A stretch of 63,332 nt of DNA, filler included, from Reclinomonas americana ATCC 50394 (taxonomy: Eukaryota), in assembly GCA_048213135.1 (NCBI GenBank). It is 12 parts of 12 records of this genome, joined end to end, with 100 filler letters (N's around TTAATTAATTAA, not from the genome) between each part and the next. Parts side by side here need not be neighbours in the genome. Positions count along the whole stretch, not along the records: positions 12,774 to 28,839 come from AFZH01022777.1; positions 28,940 to 33,761 come from AFZH01022781.1; positions 33,862 to 39,637 come from AFZH01022784.1; 9 more parts are not named here. One strand, 5' to 3'. Positions 25,359 to 37,089 of this stretch are shown one piece after another; position 1 is the first letter of the stretch, and every line of letters begins with the position of its first letter. The translations under genes were made by a program, and so were the position numbers. The notes beneath the pieces are model-generated. The model searched no databases. It was not told the origin of the DNA and saw only the letters and a program-made list of their open reading frames with translations.

Positions 25359-26702
25359 ACGGACGTTTGCGAGTGTAAGTACTGGTTGCCACCACCACTG
25401 TCAAGTGTACGCATGATGAGAGAACTCACGTCGCGAGGTCGAGCTCCGTTGCTGAGACTGGTACCAGCGACACTCTCCCCACTTGCTTCTCCATGATGAA
25501 CTGCGGTTGTCTGCATGCAAGGGTGCAGGTGAGCACTGCATGCAGGCGTGCTGGATGTGAGCTCACGAAGTTCAATATGCACACAACCTCTCGTTCACTG
25601 GCAGGTGTGGCACCGACAGCAGCATGACTGTCGAGTTCCATTGTGGCACCGGCCTGCGCGTGTTCAATGCGATATCAATCACTTCTGCCACGTACACACG
25701 GCAGTGAGCAGCGCCAGGAACACACCTCAAGCTTCCTCTAGATCTGTGTCAATATTAATCGCTGTTGTGCAAGCAGCGACAAGACGCACCTCTCTCTCTC
25801 TCTCTTTGTTAATCTGTTTTGTGTCTCGCGCCCAAAAAGGCAATGCCTGCAATTCTGTCCAACACTTCTGTGTGTGTGTCGCCGGCCGGCGCTAGCGCTG
25901 CTCGCATGTCGCACATGATCATGATGATGGGAGACACTGGATGTGAATGGATGTCGTTGGTGATGTAAGCGTCTCTGGATCTGACCAAGAGTTGACCCCC
26001 ATCGAAACGAACACGCGCACGCTAACTCCTTGTGCAATACTACTCACGCGCTCGTGAGACGTGCTGTCATGCGCGTTGACTCCTGTTCATCTGTTGCACG
26101 TTCGCTGTTGTGCACGTGGAGACACTCTTCTGCACTATGCAACGCTTGTGCGCCATTGGATGCGCCATTGGATCGAGAGAGTGGGCGATCGCGAGCGATC
26201 ACACAAAACAGGATCCGAACACAGATCACAACGCATCTTTCAACAGCACCATGCAGAGAACAACCAAGTACGTGGTGAATGGAAAATGTATGCAAATAGA
26301 AGTCGATTTCTTGTACCCGAGTGCAGTGGTTCTGCAAGAGCCGATCGCGAGAGACAATGAAAACAGCATCCATATCCGAACATGTAGCATAGTGCGAGAG
26401 AAGACATGAGGCAGTGATTGCACCAAGTCATGCATGGGAATGATCGTGATCGTGAAGTAGGAAAAGAAGTCACGTTATGTACTGAAGTGGTACTGTCTGT
26501 CGAAAAATGAGCAGAGAACGGACGAGAAAGTAAAGATAAAGTACAGCAGAGTGCGCACGAGAGCAAGGAAAAGAAGATCCGGGAGTACAGAGTGCCCACG
26601 AGAGGCACTGCTTGCAAGCGGAATCAAGGAGAGAGCAAAAAAGAAAAGACGATCTGTCGCGGCACAGCTTGCAGCCAGAAATCAGGGAGGAAGGCGATCT
26701 GA

Positions 26703-28623
26703 TCACGAGCTAGTGCGGCGCTTGCTACCCGTACCCGAACCGGTCTGCTTCGAGCCGTGGCCAGCGGGCGTGGCTGCAGCTGTCGGCGCAGCAGGTGGCG
26801 GTGCCATGGTGACGTCGGTGGTCGCAGAGGCCGGTGTCGTTGTTGCACGGATGTTGGCCTCCACAGCACTGAACGCGGCTTGAAGGTCATCTGGCCACGT
26901 GCGGACATTCGGCAGTGGTGCGGCAGCTGTGAGTACCAATTAGTAGCCACTTGTGTGCATGGGGCGATGCTGATCCTGCTGGCTTCGGGAACACGGCACC
27001 GCCATGAGCGAGACCGAAAGAGGGAGGCCTGTGAGGGCAAGCTCGGCCTTCTTGCGTCCGTCAGACGCGACAAACTGAGCAAGGCGCCGGCGATGAGTGA
27101 GATTCATCAGCAGACAACGTGCATGCAGCAGACAGACTCACCTCATCGTCCTGCCACTGATCGATTGTGAGGCCGGCAGGCAGCAGTGCGTCAATGGCGT
27201 CGTCACTGCCAACTTGAATAGCCCTTGTGAGCAGCACGACGTCACTCGACGGCTGTTGCTGCGGATCCGGCGTCGTGTCGTCGGCAAGGTGCAGATGTAG
27301 CTTGAACACAATGTGCGCTTCGTTGCCGCCGCACAGGGGGCACGAGAGCGTCACGCCAAAGGCATTGCGAGTGACTCGCATCATGTTTCTGCCACTGCAC
27401 TGAGCGCAGATTGGAGCGACTCCAAGCTTGGCGTCAACAGTGTAGCACGCAATGCTGTGGAAGGTGCTGTCGGAGGGTAGCCCTTGGAGATCGATGGCGG
27501 AGCATAGCTGCACGTGCATGCGGTGGCATATCGTTAGCATGTTTGTTTGCGTGCACACATCCGCAACAACAACAAACAGTACGTACCGTGGCGTGGATCT
27601 GCATGAGTGTGGTCCGTGGCACCGCGCTGCCCGATCCACTGGCAGCCGTGGCATCAACATCGCCTGCAGCGACGTATTCAGGTCCAAAGAGAGCCAGCAA
27701 CGCCGGCGTGATGCCCTGTGGCATTGCCAGTGGGCGTCGTCGCATCGTACTGGATGCGCCGGCATGCTGGCGGACAGCCGCGTCAGCTGGCGAGACCGTC
27801 ATGTCGTTGCGCCGTGCGATCGCGATTGGCTCCGGCTCGATCGTGGATTGACTGGCCACGAGGGCTGACGTATCAGCGACAATCCAGGCCGGCGAGCAGT
27901 GGCCCTTTCCGTCGAGGCCGCGGGACGCATCCCGGTACCTGCGCCATCGTACATATTCTTCAGTAAATAATGTCACGTGACACGCACAGACTGCGACATG
28001 GAATCCTCACCACTGCTCCAGTGCGTCCCCTCGACGACCGACTGGCGAGTCAGAAGTATGGATGTGAACCGAGGAGACTCGTGCCGTGGCAGAGAGCCGC
28101 ACTGATGAGGGAAGAGCACCGAGTGAGTACGAACCGCTGCATCATCTGGCACCTACAACATACAATGCAAACCTTTCCGAGTCTCTGGGTTCACGCTGAT
28201 CCCAATCCGAGTGATAACAAGGACGTCACCTTCTTGCAAGTGAGCGACAGCGTCGGACAGCGGCTTGAAAAGAGACACTTGAATCTGTGTATGTCATAAA
28301 TGTTAGCCACGAGCGCTGAGTGTCTAGACAGGCATGTGTGTAAGACGCACAAGCTGATGCTGGTCGTCGGCGACGTGGACCGTGCGGAAAAGCTTGCCAT
28401 TGACGGAGAGCCGTTCCTCCTCGTCGACGAAGACGATGACGCCAATCAAAGCTGGCGTCTGTTGAGCTTGGGGGATCCTCCACGTCCAGTATCCGAATGA
28501 GTCCACAGCAGCAGTGTTATGCTGCAGTGCTCTGTGGTACTCCTGAATGCCGATATCGACGAGCTCCGACACCGTCTTGCAGGCTGTCGTCCCCAGCTCG
28601 GCAACAGCATAGCGTTGAAGCAC
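26703..28623 (-). CDS. Divergent OB-fold protein with an RPA70 C-terminal-like zinc ribbon (putative ssDNA-binding protein); 5' exons lost in the gap, 3' end uncertain
   Basis: OB pattern IGVIVFVDEEERLSVNGKLFRTVHVADDQHQL/IQVSLF...LQEGDVLVITRI. A second domain reads CAQC-x16-CPLC-GGNEAHIVFKLHLHLADDT...AIDALLP. The exons have GT-AG boundaries. Confidence 0.65.
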
Positions 28624-28661
28624 CTGCGCATCGCGCTCAGCAGTAGATCGACTCAGTGAAG

Positions 28662-28663
<2 letters not shown>

Positions 28664-28744
<81 letters not shown>

Positions 28745-28779
28745 GTCGTCGTGTCGTCGTCGTCGTCGTCGTCGTCGTA

Positions 28780-28821
<42 letters not shown>

Positions 28822-28839
28822 ACGTCGTCGTCGTCGTCG
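28664..28839. repeat. (GT)n then (GTC)n microsatellite at the contig end, intronic to the OB-fold gene
   Basis: About 80 nt of GT repeats followed by an imperfect GTC run up to the gap. Confidence 0.95.
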
Positions 28840-28939
28840 NNNNNNNNNNNNNNNNNNNNNNNNNNNNNNNNNNNNNNNNNNNNTTAATTAATTAANNNNN
28901 NNNNNNNNNNNNNNNNNNNNNNNNNNNNNNNNNNNNNNN

Positions 28940-31900
28940 CCTGACTCGTGCCACCCGTGATTGTGTACGTCAGTGTCTGACCCGTGTTGACATCCGTTGA
29001 CGCCAACGAGCCAATCACTCCATTCACAGCAAGTGGTGGCGTGTACGTCGACGATGACAACGTCGGTGCAGTTGGAGCCACGTTCGCTGATGCAGTCACC
29101 AACGTCAGTCAAAATGACAGACAAAAAAAGAGACGAGAAACACACACCTTCGCTGATTGTGAATGTCGCACTCGCCGTCAGGATGCCATCACTCACTTGC
29201 ACAATCACTTGCAGACTGTTACCAGTAAGGCCAGCGACATTCGATCGCAAGCTCGTTCCACTGATGTTGAATGATGATGCGTTGGAGCCGCCCGTGATCG
29301 CAAATGTCAGTGTCTGACTCGTGTTCACATCCGTCGACGACAGCGTGCCAATCACTCCGTTCACGGCGAGAGGCGGCGTGTATGCCGACAATGACAGCGT
29401 CGGTGTCGTCGGCGCCACATTGACTATCATGGCACAGCAAAGTCAGCGCGAGTTAACGCAGAACGAAGACAATGCAGCACACAACACACCTTCGCTGATC
29501 GTAAAGGTTGCACTCGCAGTGCCACCCGCTCCATCGCTCACTTGCACAGTCACTTGCAGGTTGTTGCCAATCAAGCCTGCCAGACTGGATCGCAAACTGG
29601 TACCACTGATATTAAACAATGCAGAGTCAATGCCGCCCGAGATAGCGTACGACAACGTCTGGCCCGTGTTGGGGTCGGCAGACGACAAAGTGCCAATCAC
29701 TCCATTCAGCGCAAGCGGTGGTGTGTACGTTGTCGACGACAGCGTCGGTGCAGTCGGATTCACGTTGGCTGAGACGAACACTTGTGTGAGTGACAGGGCA
29801 CACACGAATCGAACGGACAAGAAACAAAGTCATACCTTCGCTGATCGTGAATGTAGCACTCGCTGTCAGCGTTCCGTCACTGACCCGCACAATCACTTGC
29901 AGATTGTTGCCAGTGAGGCCTGCCACACTGGATTGCAAGCTGGTACCGCTGATGTTGAACGACGCCTGATTCGTACCGCCCGTGATCGTGTACGTGAGCG
30001 ACTGACCCGTGTTGGGGTCAGTTGACGCAAGCACGCCAATCACTCCATTCACGGCGAGTGGCGGCGTGTACGTCGACGACGAAAGGGTCGGTGCAGTCGG
30101 TGCCACATTGACTGTCCCAGCCAGGAATGAGAGTCGCACAGCAGATAGACCAAGAACATGACAAGGACAACAAACCTTCGCTGATCGAAAACGTCCTGCT
30201 CGCCGTCAGGGAGCCATCGCTCACTTGCACAATCACTTGCAGGCTGTTGCCAGTCAGACCAGTAACATTGGATCGCAAGCTTGTTCCGCTGATGTTGAAT
30301 GATGATGCGTTGGTGCCGCCCACAATAGTGTACGTCAGAGTCTGACCCGTGTTGACATCAGTCGACGAAAGAGTGCCAATCACTCCGTTCACGGCGAGCG
30401 GTGGCGTGTACGTCGACGAAGACAGCATCGGTGTCGTCGGTGCCACATTGACTGTCACAAAATATGATAGATTAGATGCGTACGTTACCAACAAAGAAAC
30501 GAGACAAGAAGCGCACCTTCGTTGAACGTAAACGTTGTACTCGATTGCAGAGTACCGTCACTCACTTGTACAATCACTTGCAGGTTACTACCAGTGAGAC
30601 CAGCCACATTAGACCGCAAATTCGTGCCGCTGATGTTGAACGATGCCGAGTTCGCGCCGCCCGTGATTGTGTACGCAAGTGTTTGACCCGTGTTTGGATC
30701 AGTCGACGACAATGTGCCGACCACTCCGTTCAGAGCGAGAGGAGGCGTGTATGTCGATGATGACAATGTCGGTGCAGTCGGTGTCACGTTGGCTATATGG
30801 ATTTATACAAGTCTCATGTTAGCACTGCACGTACTTGGAAAACGCAGGGACATCCCAATTGCATACCTTCGCTGATCGTGAATGTCGATGTAGCGGTCAA
30901 TGTTCCGTCGCTGACCCGCACAATCACTTGCAGGTTGTTGCCGGTGAGGCCTGCCACATTGGACTGCAGACTGATGCCGCTGATGTTGAACGACGCAGAG
31001 TTCGTGCCACCCGCGATCGTGTACGTCAACGTCTGACCCGTGTTGGGGTCGGTAGACGCCAGCGTGCCAATGACGCCGTTCAATGTAAGTGGCGGTACGT
31101 ATGTCGATGATGACAGCGTCGGTGCAGTCGGTGCCACATTGGCTGTCACACGAGTTTTTTTAAAAAAGAGTGCACGAGAGACACGCACGCAGACAACAGC
31201 ATACCTTCGTTGATCGTGAATGTCGTGCTCGCAGTGCCGCCTGCGCCATCGCTCACTTGCACAGTCACTTGCAGGCTATTGCCAGTCAGACCAGCCACAC
31301 TTGACCGCAAACTGGTGCCGCTGATGTTGAACGACGCCTGATTCGTGCCGCCCGTGATCGTATACGTCATGGTTTGACCCGTATTGACGTCGGTCGACGC
31401 CAGAGTACCAATCACTCCATTCAGTGCAAGCGGCGGAGTGTATGCTGATGAAGACAGGGTCGGTGCGGTCGGTGGCACATTGACTAATGTGCTCGATCGC
31501 GTAAGTTGCACGGCCCAAACAAACAAATGGTACAACTAACTTATCAAACCTTCGCTGATCGTAAGCGTGGCGCTTGCCGTCAGGGTTCCGTCGCTGACAC
31601 GCACAATCACTTGCAGACCACTGCCAGTGAGGCCAGCCACATTCGAGCGCAAACTAGTGCCGCTGATATTGAACGACGCTGCGTTGGCGCCGCCCGTGAT
31701 CGTGTACGTCAGCGTCTGGCCCGTGTTGGGGTCGTTTGAAGCCAGCGTGCCAATCACTCCATTCAATGCAAGTGGTGACATGTACGTCGTCGACGACAGC
31801 GTCGGTGCAGTGGGTGCCACATTGACTGACGACAACGGAAGTTCAGTACACAGAGAAGAAGAGAAAACATGGAACGAAAGAGAGAGAGCATGAGCGATTC

Positions 31901-34900
31901 GGCAAACCTTCGCTCAGCGAAAATGTGGAACTTATCGCGCCGCCCCGGGAATCGATCACTTGGACAGTCACTTGTAAGTTGTTGCCAGTGAGACCAGCCA
32001 CATTCGACTGCAGGCTGCTGCCACTGATGTTGAATGACGCTTGATTCGTGCCGCCGGTGATCGCATACGTAAACGTTTCACCCGAATTCGCATCAGTAGC
32101 CGACAGTGTACCAATCACTCCGTTCAACACAAGTGGCGGCGTGTACGTCGATGACGACAGAATCAGCGCGGTCGGCGCGACATTGACTGCACACACAAAT
32201 TAGTAACTACAGAAACAGCGAATACGTTGTCGATGAATTTCAAACCTTCGCTTATTGTGAACGAGGTATTCGCCGTACCACCAGCTCCATCGCTCACTTG
32301 CACAGTCACTTGCAGATTGTTACCAGTGAGGCCAGCAATGCTCGATCGTAGACTTGTACCGCTGATATTGAAAGACGCTGCATTGGCGCCACCCGTGATC
32401 GTGTACGTCAGTGTCTGGCCCGCATCTGGATCGCTCGCTGAAAGCGTGCCAATCACTCCATTCAGAGCGAGCGGCGGAGTGTACATGCTACTCGACAACA
32501 TTGGTGCCGACGGACTCGTGTTTGCCCCTTAGCAATCAAGGAACAAAGATATCAGCTTCGAACGGTGCTGTAACCACAAAATCTGCGTTTGCAACATACC
32601 TTCGTTGATTGTGAATGTCGAGCTCGCAGTGCCACCTGCTCCATCGCTCACTTGCACAGTCACTTGCAAACCATTGCCAGTGAGGCCAGCCACATTCGAC
32701 CGCAGACTGGTACCGCTAATGTTGAATGACGAGGCATTCACGCCACCCGTGATCGCGTACGTCAGCGTCTGACCCGTGTTCGTGTCCGTCGCCGACAACG
32801 TGCCAATCGCTCCATTCAAAATAAGCGGTGGAGCATATGTCGTCGACGACAAGGTCGGCGCGGTCGGTGCCACATTGACTGCGACAGGCAACCAACTACT
32901 GAGATGCGAATGTGGAAAACAGAGACAATTAGCATGAGACATACCTTCGATGATCGTGAAAGTCGTGCTTGCCGTGCCGCCTGCTCCATCGCTCACTTGA
33001 ACAATCACTTGAAGACTGCTACCATTAAGGCCAGCAACATTCGATCGCAAACTGGTTCCACTAATGTTGAACCAGGCTGGATTCGTGCCACCAGTGATTG
33101 TGTACGAGAGTACCTGGCCGGTGTTCACGTCGGTTGACGACAGCGTTCCGATCACTCCATTCAAAGCCAAAGGCGGTGTGTATGTTGTCGATGACAAAGT
33201 TGGCGCAGTCGGAATGACGTTGGCTAACGATGCCTACCGAATGAGTTGCACAAGAAAAACACATATCATCCCTCACGGAATCTCACGTACCTTCGTTGAT
33301 GGTGAAGGTTGTCGTTGCCGTCAACGTTCCGTCACTGACGCGTACAATCACTTGCAGACCACTGCCGGTGAGACCAGCCACACTCGATCGCAGACTGGTA
33401 CCGCTGATATTGAATGAAGCCGAGTTGGTGCCACCCGTGATCGTGTACGTCAGTGTCTGACCCGTGTTCACGTCGGTTGACGACAATGTGCCGATCACTC
33501 CATTCAGCGCAAGTGGTGGCGTGTACGTTGTCGACGACAGCGTCGGTGCAGTTGGCGCCACATTCGCTGACCCAGACACCCACGTCAGTCAAACGACAGA
33601 CAAATCAAGGAACTCAGATAGCTACACACCTTCGCTGATTGTGAATGTCGTGCTTGCCGTGCCGCCAGCGCCATCGCTCACTTGCACAATCACTTGCAGG
33701 TTGTTGCCAGTGAGGCCGGCAATGTTGGATCGCAAGCTTGTTCCGCTGATGTTGAACGACGNNNNNNNNNNNNNNNNNNNNNNNNNNNNNNNNNNNNNNN
33801 NNNNNTTAATTAATTAANNNNNNNNNNNNNNNNNNNNNNNNNNNNNNNNNNNNNNNNNNNNGCCACATTCGAGCGCAGACTCGTGCCACTGATGTTGAAC
33901 GAAGCAGAGTTCGTACCGCCCGTGATCGTGTACGTGAGCGACTGACCCGTGTTGGGGTCAGTTGATGCTAGCACGCCAATCGCTCCATTCACGGCGAGTG
34001 GCGGCGTATACGTCGACGACGAAAGGGTCGGTGCAGTCGGTGCCACATTGACTGTCCCAGGTAGTGAAATGAGAGTCGCACAGCAGATAGACCAAGAACA
34101 TGACAAGGACAACAAACCTTCGCTGATCGAAAACGTCCTGCTCGCCGTCAGGGAGCCATCGCTCACTTGCACAATCACTTGCAGGCTGTTGCCAGTCAGA
34201 CCAGTAACATTGGACCGCAAGCTTGCTCCACTGATGTTGAATGATGATGCGTTGGTGCCGCCCACAATAGTGAACGTGAGCGTCTGACCGGTGTTGACGT
34301 CCGTCGACGCCAACGAGCCAATCACTCCGTTCACGGCGAGCGGTGGCGTGTACGTCGACGAAGACAGCGTCGGTGTCGTCGGTGCCACATTGACTGTCAC
34401 AAGCAAATGATAGGTGAGATACAAGCGAGACGAATACAAAGAACGACGAAAGAAACACACTTTCGCTGATCGAGAATGTCGTGCTTGCCGTGCCGCCAGC
34501 TCCATCGCTCACTTGCACAATCACTTGCAGGTTATTGCCAGTGAGGCCAGAGACATTAGACCGCAAATTCGTGCCGCTGATGTTGAACGATGCCGAGTTC
34601 GTGCCGCCCGTGATCGTGTACGTGAGTGTTTGACCCGTGTTCACGTCAGTTGACGACAATGTGCCGACCACTCCGTTCAGAGCGAGAGGAGGCGTGTATG
34701 TCGATGATGACAATGTCGGTGCAGTCGGTGTCACGTTGGCTACGTGAATTCACACCAGTCTTATGTTAGCACTGCATGTACTTGGAAAACGCAGGGACAT
34801 CTCAATTGCATACCTTCGCTGATCGTGAATGTCGATGTAGCGGTCAATATTCCGTCGCTGACCCGCACAATCACTTGCAGGTTGTTGCCGGTGAGGCCAG

Positions 34901-37056
34901 CAATGCTCGATCTCAAGCTGGTACCGCTGAGGTTAAACGACGCGGCATTCGTGCCACCCGTGATCGTGTATGTCAACGTCTGACCCGTGTTGGGGTCGGT
35001 AGACGCCAGCGTGCCAATGACGCCGTTCAATGTAAGTGGCGGTACGTATGTCGATGATGACAGCGTCGGTGCAGTCGGTGCCACATTGGCTGTCACACGA
35101 GTTTAAAAAAAGGACTGCACGAGAGCAATAAAGACAGACACGCACGCAGACAACAGCATACCTTCGTTGATCGTGAATGTCGTGCTCGCAGTGCCGCCGG
35201 CTCCATCGCTCACTTGCACAGTCACTTGCAGGCTGTTGCCGGTGAGACCCGCCAAATTCGATCGCAAACTGGTGCCGCTGATGTTGAACGAGGACGCATT
35301 GGTGCCGCCCGTGATTGAGAATGTCATGGTTTGACCCGTATTGACGTCGGTCGACGCCAGTGTGCCAATCACTCCATTCGCAGCGAGCGGCGGAGTGTAC
35401 GTCAACGAGGACAGCGTCGGTGCAGTAGGAGCCACATTGGCTTTCGACAGAAGTGAGAGATTTTAGCAAACGGCCACGGAGCGGCGAGAGAATACGGAGG
35501 TAAGAGATAAGAGAGAGATTCGGCACAAACCTTCGCTCAACGTGAATGTGGAACTGAATGAGCCACCCCTCGAGTCGGTGACTCGTACCGTTACTTGCAA
35601 GCTGTTGCCAGTCAGACCCGAGACATTCGATCTCAAATTGGAGCCGCTGATGTTGAACGATGCAGAGTTGGTACCACCGGTGATAGTGTACGTGAACGTC
35701 TCACCCGTATTCGCATCCGTCGTTGTCAGCGTTCCAACCACTCCGTTCAACGCAAGCGGTGGCGTGTACGTCGACGACGAGAGGGTCAGCGCGGTCGGCG
35801 CGACATTGGCTGCGCACAAGATGAATGAGCGGAATGATAATTCACCATATGCATCACACGCGTTAACAAACCTTCGCTGAGAGAAAAGGTGGAACTGAAC
35901 GTGCCACCCCTGGAATCGGTGACTTGCACTGTCACTTGCAAGCTGTTGCCAGTGAGACCAGCCACATTCGACTGCAGGCTGCTGCCACTGATGTTGAATG
36001 ACGCTTGATTCGTGCCGCCGGTGATCGCATACGTAAACGTTTCACCCGAATTCGCATCCGTTGCCGTTAGCGTGCCAATCACTCCGTTCGTAGCGAGAGG
36101 CGGTGTATACGTCGACGACGACAGAGTCAGCGCGGTCGGCGCGACATTGACTGCACGGAGAAATGAGTGAGCAGATTCCCGAAACGGCAAGCGACTGAAG
36201 GAGAGTGATAGAAGGATGCCAAGAAGAGGCACCACTCCCGAATGCGCCGTAATACTCGCTTCAAGAAGAGCAAGAAGCGAAAGAACGGGGATGAAGGGAG
36301 TGAAGGGGAAAGAGAAGGCAAAGGCGAAGGGAGAAGAGCAAATGACGGGGAGCAAAGGGAGAGTGGATACTCTTTGCCATGAAGACGGGGATGGAGAGTG
36401 AGAGCGAGAGAACAAGCAGCGGAACTCGTGAATGCAAAACAATGACATGCTTGGGGAAGAGAGATTGAAACAAAGAAGATGCACTCTTGCTGTGCAGCTA
36501 TGCTCGTTTTGAGGAGAAAACGAAACAAATGAATGGGGATGGAGAAATGAGAGGGAAGCGAAAGGGAAAGGGATAGGGCAAGGGAAAAACTGACAGACAG
36601 TATACAAAAAAGAGAGTGAGTGCTATGCTTGAAGAGAGAGAGAGAGAGAGAGGAAATCCGAGAAAGGCACTCCCAAATGCGCCGCAATGCTCGCTTTGAG
36701 AAGGAAAAAACGAATGACACGCGAAGAGGGTCATGATAGTGACAGTAATAAACGAATATAGAGACAGAGAGCGTAAGAGCAGAAGTGAGAGAATATTGGC
36801 AACGAGGGGCGAGAGAGTGCAGGAGAGTGCAGGAGAGTGCAGAGGAGTGCGGAAGAGTGCAGAAGAGTGCAAGAGAGCGCAGGAGAGTGCAGAAGAGTGC
36901 AGGAGAGTGCAGGAGAGCGCAGGAGAGTGTAGAGGACAGTGCAAGAGAGTAAAGGGGACGGTGCAAGAGAGTGAACGAGAGAGTGCACGAGAGCGACGGA
37001 AAGAGTGCGGGAGAGTTAAGGAGAGATTGCAAGAGAGAGTAAAGGAAAAAGCAAAG

Positions 37057-37089
<33 letters not shown>

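Larger units (their letters stand above)
13400..28839 (-). mobile_element. Large Helitron2/Helentron-lineage rolling-circle transposon of at least 12 kb (about 15 kb or more if the OB-fold gene belongs to it); termini unresolved
   Basis: Contains a spliced RepHel gene and a co-oriented OB-fold gene. GC-rich hairpins lie just downstream of the RepHel stop. The 5' side runs into an assembly gap. Confidence 0.8.

Noticed and set aside
25400..28650. Fanzor/TnpB or other nuclease cargo in the Helitron2-type element
   Set aside because: I found no RuvC motifs. The CxxC...CxxC ribbon sits in an OB-fold context.
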